A stretch of DNA of 64,000 nucleotides from the human T2T-CHM13v2.0 reference genome, Homo sapiens. Positions 56,741 through 64,000 of this stretch are shown piece after piece; position 1 is the stretch's first letter, and the number at the start of each line of letters is the position of its first letter. A program made the position numbers and the translations under genes. A model generated the notes under the pieces. It searched no databases. It worked only from the letters and a program-made list of their open reading frames with translations, and was not told where the DNA came from. The stretch lies in NCBI RefSeq assembly GCF_009914755.1, contig NC_060925.1, one strand, 5' to 3'.

Positions 56741-59700
56741 TATCACTCCTGTTTAGAAGCTTTTTCTAGGTCTTAAAAAGGTTTAACAGAGACCCAATTT
56801 ATGTTCGTTTAACAAAAGAATGATTATGAAAATTTAACCACAATAAAAGGCCAAAAGTAATAAAATGGCCAGTGAATAGTAGAGGCAGTGAGTGTAGGAC
56901 TTTGCAGGAAGATCATTTGGGATGGGTGGTTTGTGGGGAGTAGCACTGAATTCCCCAAACCTAATCTAAATGATGGCCCCAAGTCTATTGAGAGTAAATT
57001 CTTGGTCTGATTGCCCTATACAGAATTATAGGTCAACTTCTGATGAAGAATGTTCTAATACATTCTTTAGAGTTAAAACCTTGATAATTGCCTGGATTGA
57101 TTTTTGAGTATGTGATACGTTGATCCTCTGAACAGAAATTATATTAATATTCTATGCAGCTATGAAGCTTCCCTTGCTACTCTTTGTGGGAATTTGGGAA
57201 AGAAATCCTGAATGAGTGCAGAAGAAATTCTGTAAAATGACCTACTTATGCTTATTAAAAGGTAGTGAAATCTCTCTAACCAAAAGAGGAGTTCTTCACA
57301 GATAAGAAAGAAAGAGTTGGATTCTATTCTGTGTCATCTATCATAATCTGCTAGCTGTGGTCCAGCAGTTGAATATTTATTACCAGCAATGATGGGAGAG
57401 GTGAGAAGAGCCTAGTTTGATTCTCCAGATCTAAGGCTGTGTTTCGAACCGCCACTTCGACAAATGCTTTGACTTAAAAGCACTGAGCCAGCTTGATTTG
57501 GAACTGTCACCACCAAGAGAGAAAATGTCTGGAATACTGCAGTGTCATTTCTGGGCAGTCTGTCTTTTATGACTTGTCATGCACTACTAAAGGGAGACAA
57601 GTGAATACTGTGTACATGAAATCATTAGTGCTGTCATAGCAGGCAGAAGAAAGACCACCAGGCAGAACACAAGACCACCCAACACAAAAAACATGAGCTC
57701 CCATCAGCAACATGGTTGAGACTATGTGCCCTTGACATTTGCCTTTCAGAATGTTGAGCCACCAAGCATGCTGTTGGATAATTATTGCTTTGTGATGATA
57801 TTCAGCAACTCTCACAATGTGGACCACCAGTTCTGGTTTGGGTTTCTTCTTTTTATTAGGACCATCTGAGAATGTCTGTGGTAGAGACTTTGGTGAATTT
57901 CATCCGTCCTGTGGCCAAAGGAATGAAAGGAAGAGCAACTTAGTTTGTTAATATGGAAGAATTCAGCAACAAAAAATCCATGACACATGTCTGGAAGAGG
58001 CTTCATTGAGGGATTTTTTTATTTTTCGAACAAAGCATTCTAAAATGTTTTACTAATGCTTATTAAAGTGCACTCTCTATGCAAATAGCCTTATAGTAAT
58101 TAGCCTTATACTAATTTCAGAGCTGTAGTGATATATTTTTAATCCAACAAATGCTTCTTGCTGGTATTTCTATTTCACACAGACTGGGCTATCTCCTCGT
58201 TGAAAAACAAGCCAAAACAAAATAAAGCATTTTTTTTCCTAAAATAAGCTAATATGATTTTAAACAATCATAAGGTGTTGTATTTTTAAAATATTTTTGT
58301 AAAGCAAAAATTAGTTCAATCTCTTTCCTTTATTTCCCTTTGCCTCAGACTTTTTTTCCTTGCCTTTATTTCATTTTATTTGACTTCTACTTCTTATATT
58401 GAATGTGTTGGTCAAATTTTTAAACTTGAATTTACCAATACTGCTTCTCATCTGACTTATTTATTTCCTGGTGACAAATTTTTTGTTCAAGTTGTTTTTT
58501 TTTTTGCTTTGCCATTGTTGTTGATACTTGCTTCTCTTGTACTCTTGTTCTTTCAGTAAACATTTTATTGAAGTTATTTACAGATTTTCTCAGGCATGTA
58601 AAATCTATTAACCAACTACATATCTGTTTCACCTTTATGATTTCAATGCCTTTTAAATTTAACTATTTTTTGAGGAGTTTCTATTCTCTCTGAAAATTTT
58701 GAATTCCGAAGAGAATGGATAATTAATCCTTAAATAAGTAACACATTATCTTAGTTTTCTTAAAGAAACTTCAGATTGCAGATCTTTAAATTGACTTAGT
58801 ATGTTATGTTGTCACTGCTTATAAAATCTACCTTTAGTGGAAGCAAACAAGAATTACTTTAAAAACATATATAGAGAGGTTAGATTTTATACCTAGAGCA
58901 CAAATCTCTTGATTCAAAACATTTGGCAAAAATACCATATGTTGAAATTGAGTTATCTTCTGCTGAAGCCAGTTCTCCAGCAGTGTCAGTAGTAGAAGTG
59001 GGGTTCTTTACTATTCCAGTCTGTTGCTCTAGTAAGCAACATGGGTGTGTACAGGTGAGATTTTCATCCAGTTAACATTCATTCAGAGGGCTATATCTTC
59101 TAAAGCTTTCTAACTCAACAAGAGCATAGTATGTAAGCATCCTACACAGTGCGCAACTACAAATATTTGATGAATAAATGGCAGGAGCTAAATATAACTA
59201 GAAAAAGCTGTAGAACAAAAAAGAGACAAAATCGTATAAGGGCTAGATCTGGAAAAAAGCATTCATGAAGATCATGGATTTTAAAGCTTAGACTCCTGAA
59301 TCATCTTTACTTATGCATAATCTGTTTTGGAACCCATTGTATATGCCACTATTTCCAGTAACTGATCCAAAATTGAGTTCCATCCTGGAATGTTGTGGTT
59401 TCCAAATACTAAATTGTTTACCAGATATAGAACAATACAGATTTTTCATCAACTTACCCGGGCCTCTTCTGACCACCATTTCCTTAGTATCCTGAAAAGA
59501 AATTCTGAGTTTCTCCTACTGGTATATAGGCTCTCAGGCTTCTGTGAATTTGTCTTCTTTCTCACTCAGGAGATTTCTCTGCTTTCCCATGCCCTGCATC
59601 ATTCTTTCATCCCTAGGGGCTGATGTGTCCATTTCCTGTGGGGTAGATGTTTGGCCCAAACGTGTGTAATTATGAAGTTTCCCTTGGGATCTGGGGTGGT

Positions 59701-61449
59701 GGGATGGGGATAGTTCTTGGTGCCTGGTGCACACAGTTTGTGTCTCGGGAGAAGAATCATAGAAAACAATTAACTGAGCATTTGTCAAAAATACTGGCAC
59801 GTGCACATGTCTTTTAGCTCCCCAAAGATTTGCCTTCTGCTTTGCTAACCTCAGGATACTGGCCAGCCAGATGGAAAGACTGCCAAGCACATCCAGCTCA
59901 TGTAGCCAGAAGGCCACTCCATTTGAGTATCTGGAAATCATTTTTTCGCTCACTTGGGAGGTTCTGGGGCCTCTTTATTTCCTCAGAAACAAGGCCCACC
60001 CCAATGATTTCAAGAGCACATTGCAGCCTAGTCTCCACAAGTGAACAAGCTGTGAGAGCTGGAAATCTGCAGCTCCTCTCCTGCTCTCTTTATTGCAGTA
60101 CATTCTTTTCCCAGCAACATAGGTTTATGGCCTCCCAAGACCCTTCTCACGAAAGGCACTAGAACGCAGTGTCAAGTTAAGATGAGTGATTAGGGAAATC
60201 TGTAGCTACTGAGAATGAGGTTCCCGGTTGAGTATCAGAAGCGACCACAGAAGGTGAAGGTTTGCCTCTTTTCTGTCTGTTGTCAGGAATAATGATGAGA
60301 AGCAGAAGGCATTGGTTTGCTTCTCAAATTCCCAGCTCTGCTTCTCACTGTTGCCAGTAATGATGCACTGGGTAGGAGACGAAACTTCCTTCTCATATCT
60401 CCTTCCTTGCTTTGGTGGTGGACTGGCCACATCTAGAAGGGAAAGAGAAGTGAAATTCCCTGAATGCAGATCGGTGGCCAAGGTCCTACCAAGGTCAGTC
60501 TTTGAGCAGGAGAGCTCCTTTACCTGCAGCCCCTCACCATAATGTCTGCAAGGCAATGACACCGATGTGAAAATAAACCCCATCTTTCACTCTGCACTTC
60601 TCTTCTTCTTATCTCAGATTAAAATGTCCCCCCTTTTTTAAAAAATCAAGCAAATACAATAAAGACGAAAAAAGTGACTGACAGAAAGAAATTTAGAGGA
60701 AATAAATTTATACATGACTGTTCCTCCTCCCCACCCATTCCATTCCTTAAATTGGAAACAATACTTCAGTAATGGTCTTTCTAATACATAAATGTAACCA
60801 TATCTCTTTCTTGCTTTAAAATCTTCAACTGTTACTTAGAGTCAAGTTAATGGTCTTTAGTATAATACTTCCCCACAACCACCCCAAACTCAAGCCATGC
60901 TGAATTATTGCAGTTCCTTAAATCATCAGGTCCTTTAGAGTTTCCACACCTGGACACAAGCCACTCCCCATACTTGAGATGCCTTTATTTCCCTGGTCTT
61001 TCAAAACTGCTGATGTAAAATGCCATTCAGATGTCCCTCTCATTTGCAAATCTTCTCCAACTCTACCAAGAATAGCACTTGCTGTCTTTGCACCACGGAA
61101 TTGTGTGTGTATCTCTTTTATAACATTATATTATACTGGTTTTGTTGCTGTTGTTCACTTGCATGTCTGTCCTTGTGGACTGATTTCTTTGGGGACAGGG
61201 ATTTTGTGTTATTGTCGCATTAACCCCAAGTTTTCTGAATGACTGCAGTGTAGTAGATTCATTACACTGTTGCAGAATGAGTGGACAAGACTGGAAAATG
61301 TAACTAAAGTTTATATATATTTCCCCATTTTCTAAATTCCCACACCTTAAGAAAGATGCTTGTTCCTCGTTTTTCACATTTTGTTGAAGTAGTACAGTCT
61401 TTCATCTCTTCCCCTTATTCCCATCTTTATTTCTTAATTTTATCTTTTT

Positions 61450-61754
61450 TTGGAAAAGAAGGCATTTGGCACAGCATCCTTCTCTCTACTGTCACCATCA
61501 TGGTTGCATTCTCCTATCAGACACCCAGAGACCTCAGCTCTTGTCAAGAAGCCCTCTCTCATGGCTGCAGTGCTCACTGGGGTCTGTGCTCCCTCTCATT
61601 CATTGCCCTCGAGGCCCACGAGTAAAGACCACTTCCCACTATGAGCAGTCCCTTGGTTATTCTCCCTCCCTCCAAATGTGTAAATAGTCCCTTCATTAAA
61701 TGCTCTTTACCCTTTGAGTGAGCCATCTCTTTCCTGCCTCAACCCTGACTGACA
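61450..61754 (+). mobile_element. LTR33-like fragment
   Basis: tgtaaatagtcccttcattaaa..ctttgagtgagccatctctttcctg..ccctgactgaca. Confidence 0.65.
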
Positions 61755-62604
61755 GTCTGGTCAACAAATAATAATTGACTTACTATTATTAATTAATCTC
61801 TTAATTTATAAACAAGAATGGGGATTTCTTCCACTTAGTTACATCATATCTACAATGATATCTGTAGGAGTCAGGAGCCAAAGTCTTGAAAATGTTTAGG
61901 GACCCCAGAGAAATATTCTCCATTGAAGTTGAAATTTGTATTTTCAGTCTTTCCTTTTACATATCTCTGTCCCACTCATGCAACAAACGTTTATTAATCA
62001 CTGCTTTCTCTTCATTCTTATCTTTGATTTTTTATCTTTCCCCTTTTCTATGTGAGAATATTTTTAGAGCGTAAGTCAGAGAACTTCAACTACTGGCTAT
62101 GTAATTGGGCAAGTCTCTGCATCTTGGTTTCCTTATCTATGAAATAGGGAGGATAATACCTCCTTACAGAACCCACAGAGCTGGTGAGTAAATCAAATAA
62201 AACAATTGTATGTACAATCCATAATCACATTTACTACTTTTATTGTTTTTGCTGTTTTCATGTTTTTAGTTATTGATGTATTTCCTCCATAGTGCTTCTT
62301 TTTTTTTTAATAAAAGTTTTTTCTTTCTGCTGTTTTAGGTTTTCTTTCCTTTCCGTGATATTCCTTTCATGCTCCTCTTCCACAAATGCCACCTTCTTGA
62401 CTAGTCTTTTGAAAATACCCTGCAAGATCCATTGGTCTATACCTCAGCTCCTTTGGGACTGTCCTATTCCTTTTTCTCTCTTGCCTTAGTGGCTTTCTTA
62501 AAAGCATGTTTAAAAAAAAAATTCCCCCTGTGGTAAAAGGATAAAAATTCTAGAGAAATGTAAACTTGTACCTAGACTGAGACAGATGTATAATTCTCCT
62601 TTGT

Positions 62605-62977
62605 TGAAATGGTTTGGCTTTGTGTCCCCATCCAAATCTCATCTTGAATTATAATCCCATAATCCTCATGTGTCAAGGACAAGACCTGGTGGGAGGCGAC
62701 TGGATCACAGGGGCAGTTTCCCCAAGCTGTTCTTGTGATAGTGAGTGAATTCTCACAAGATCTGATAGTTCTGTAAGTGTTTAACATTTCCTCCTACACA
62801 CACTTTTTCTCTCTCCTGCCGCCTTGTAAAGAAGGTATCTGCTTCTCTTTTCGCCACGATTAAGTTTCCTGAGGCCTCCCAGCCAGGCGGAACTGTGAAT
62901 CAATTAAACCTCCTCTGTTGATAAATTATCCAGACTTGGGTAGTATCTTTATAGCAGTGTGAGAATGGACTAATACA
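62605..62977 (+). mobile_element. THE1D-like solo LTR
   Basis: tgaaatggtttggctttgtgtcccca...gcagtgtgagaatggactaataca. Confidence 0.93.
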
Positions 62978-63139
62978 TTTTTTTGTGTGATTTTTGAGAA
63001 TAAGGTTCATAGTGAATACCAGAAAGGTTTCTAGGGTTCAATTGATCACAGCCTGAATAGTCTCTTCATATGCTACTGTTGTAATTAGTGGTCCAATAAC
63101 ACCACCAAGGTATTGTCCCATTCCTCTTTCTATGTATTC

Positions 63140-63810
63140 TCATTTCTTATTCTTAATTGTATTTACTTAGTATTTATTGAGCAGCTATTTTGTGCCAGAC
63201 ATTTGCTCAGTGCTGCGTTTTTAAGAAAGGCATTGTCTTCACTCCTGGCAAGTGTACAATCCAGTGGGGATAAAAATGAGCATGCTGGTAATTACAAGGC
63301 ATGTTAGGAGAAAACACGAATGTGTTCTGGGTTGTTTTGTTCCCTGGTATATCCACAACATCAAGAGCAGTTTCTTGGACATAGCAGGTCCTTAATAAAT
63401 ATTGTTGAATTTATGAATGGATCTCGAGATTCAAAATGTTGAATAGGAGTTCATCAGTTAAAAAGAGTGGGATGAGGCATTGGAACAGGCAGAAGGGATG
63501 GCTCAGAGGCAAAATAAAGCATGATAGTTATGGGAAAGTGCAGGTTTCTGTTTAGCACGAGCTTTGTGTGGGAATGAGATTTGATGAGAATTGAGCTCAA
63601 TAAATCAACATATCCCTTGATAATGACTACCACCTACTGTGTGTCTCCCACATATCAAGTACTTTATATACATTATCTTAAACCTTAAAGCTATGAAAAA
63701 AAGTATTATTTAGCCTCCTTTGCTCATTCAACTCAATTTCACCTAGACACAAGTGATGGCAGTATTCAAGAATAGCCATATACTTGATCCTGGCCCTACA
63801 TTTCTTTGAT
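63140..63810. mobile_element. Cluster of L2 and MIR fragments
   Basis: tatttattgagcagctattttgtgccagac; taataaatattgttgaat; boundaries approximate. Confidence 0.55.
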
Positions 63811-64000
63811 GACTGATAAGATGATCAAACCCTGAAAGTTGAGTTCAACTGCCTCCAGGAAGAACAATACAGATTTTAGAAATGTTCTTTCAGCTGATAT
63901 CACACTCTTATTATGTGGGAATAAATTTAAGAAGATGCTAGGTAGTAAATAATCTGGAGCTTTCAACTGTGGTGCAATGAGTTTTATTAAACAGTTGGAT

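Noticed and set aside
57567-58006. Minus-strand ORFs as a processed pseudogene
   Set aside because: No recognisable protein similarity, poly-A tail or TSD
59534-60583. 110-139 aa ORFs in unique sequence
   Set aside because: No recognisable domains or consistent exon structure; lengths compatible with chance

Overview
Repeat-rich primate genomic DNA. AluY and L1PA2/3-type elements indicate a great ape, most likely human. The window is intronic or intergenic. I can support no host protein-coding exon: the ORF track is explained by L1 ORF2 remnants, Alu/LTR open frames, microsatellites and chance. Much of the window is recognisable transposon debris: about 12 Alus, 2 primate L1PA inserts, several L1MA/ME pieces, a solo ERV9 LTR12, MER4A, THE1, MLT1 and LTR33 LTRs, the DNA transposons MER58A, MER53 and Tigger3a, and many MIR/L2/CR1 relics, often nested. 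Repeat family and subfamily names come from my recall of consensus sequences and need RepeatMasker/Dfam confirmation. The most striking unexplained structure is a 103-bp, ~89%-identical inverted repeat in sequence I cannot assign to a known repeat (1538-1640 / 2928-3030). It lies downstream of a candidate CA-rich non-coding exon and could form a long-range RNA duplex. Other notable items are a templated-insertion repair scar in LTR33, a stack of three Alus at one target site, two twin-primed inverted L1s, an internally deleted L1MA and a possible ancient Harbinger-like relic. I could not identify the host locus.
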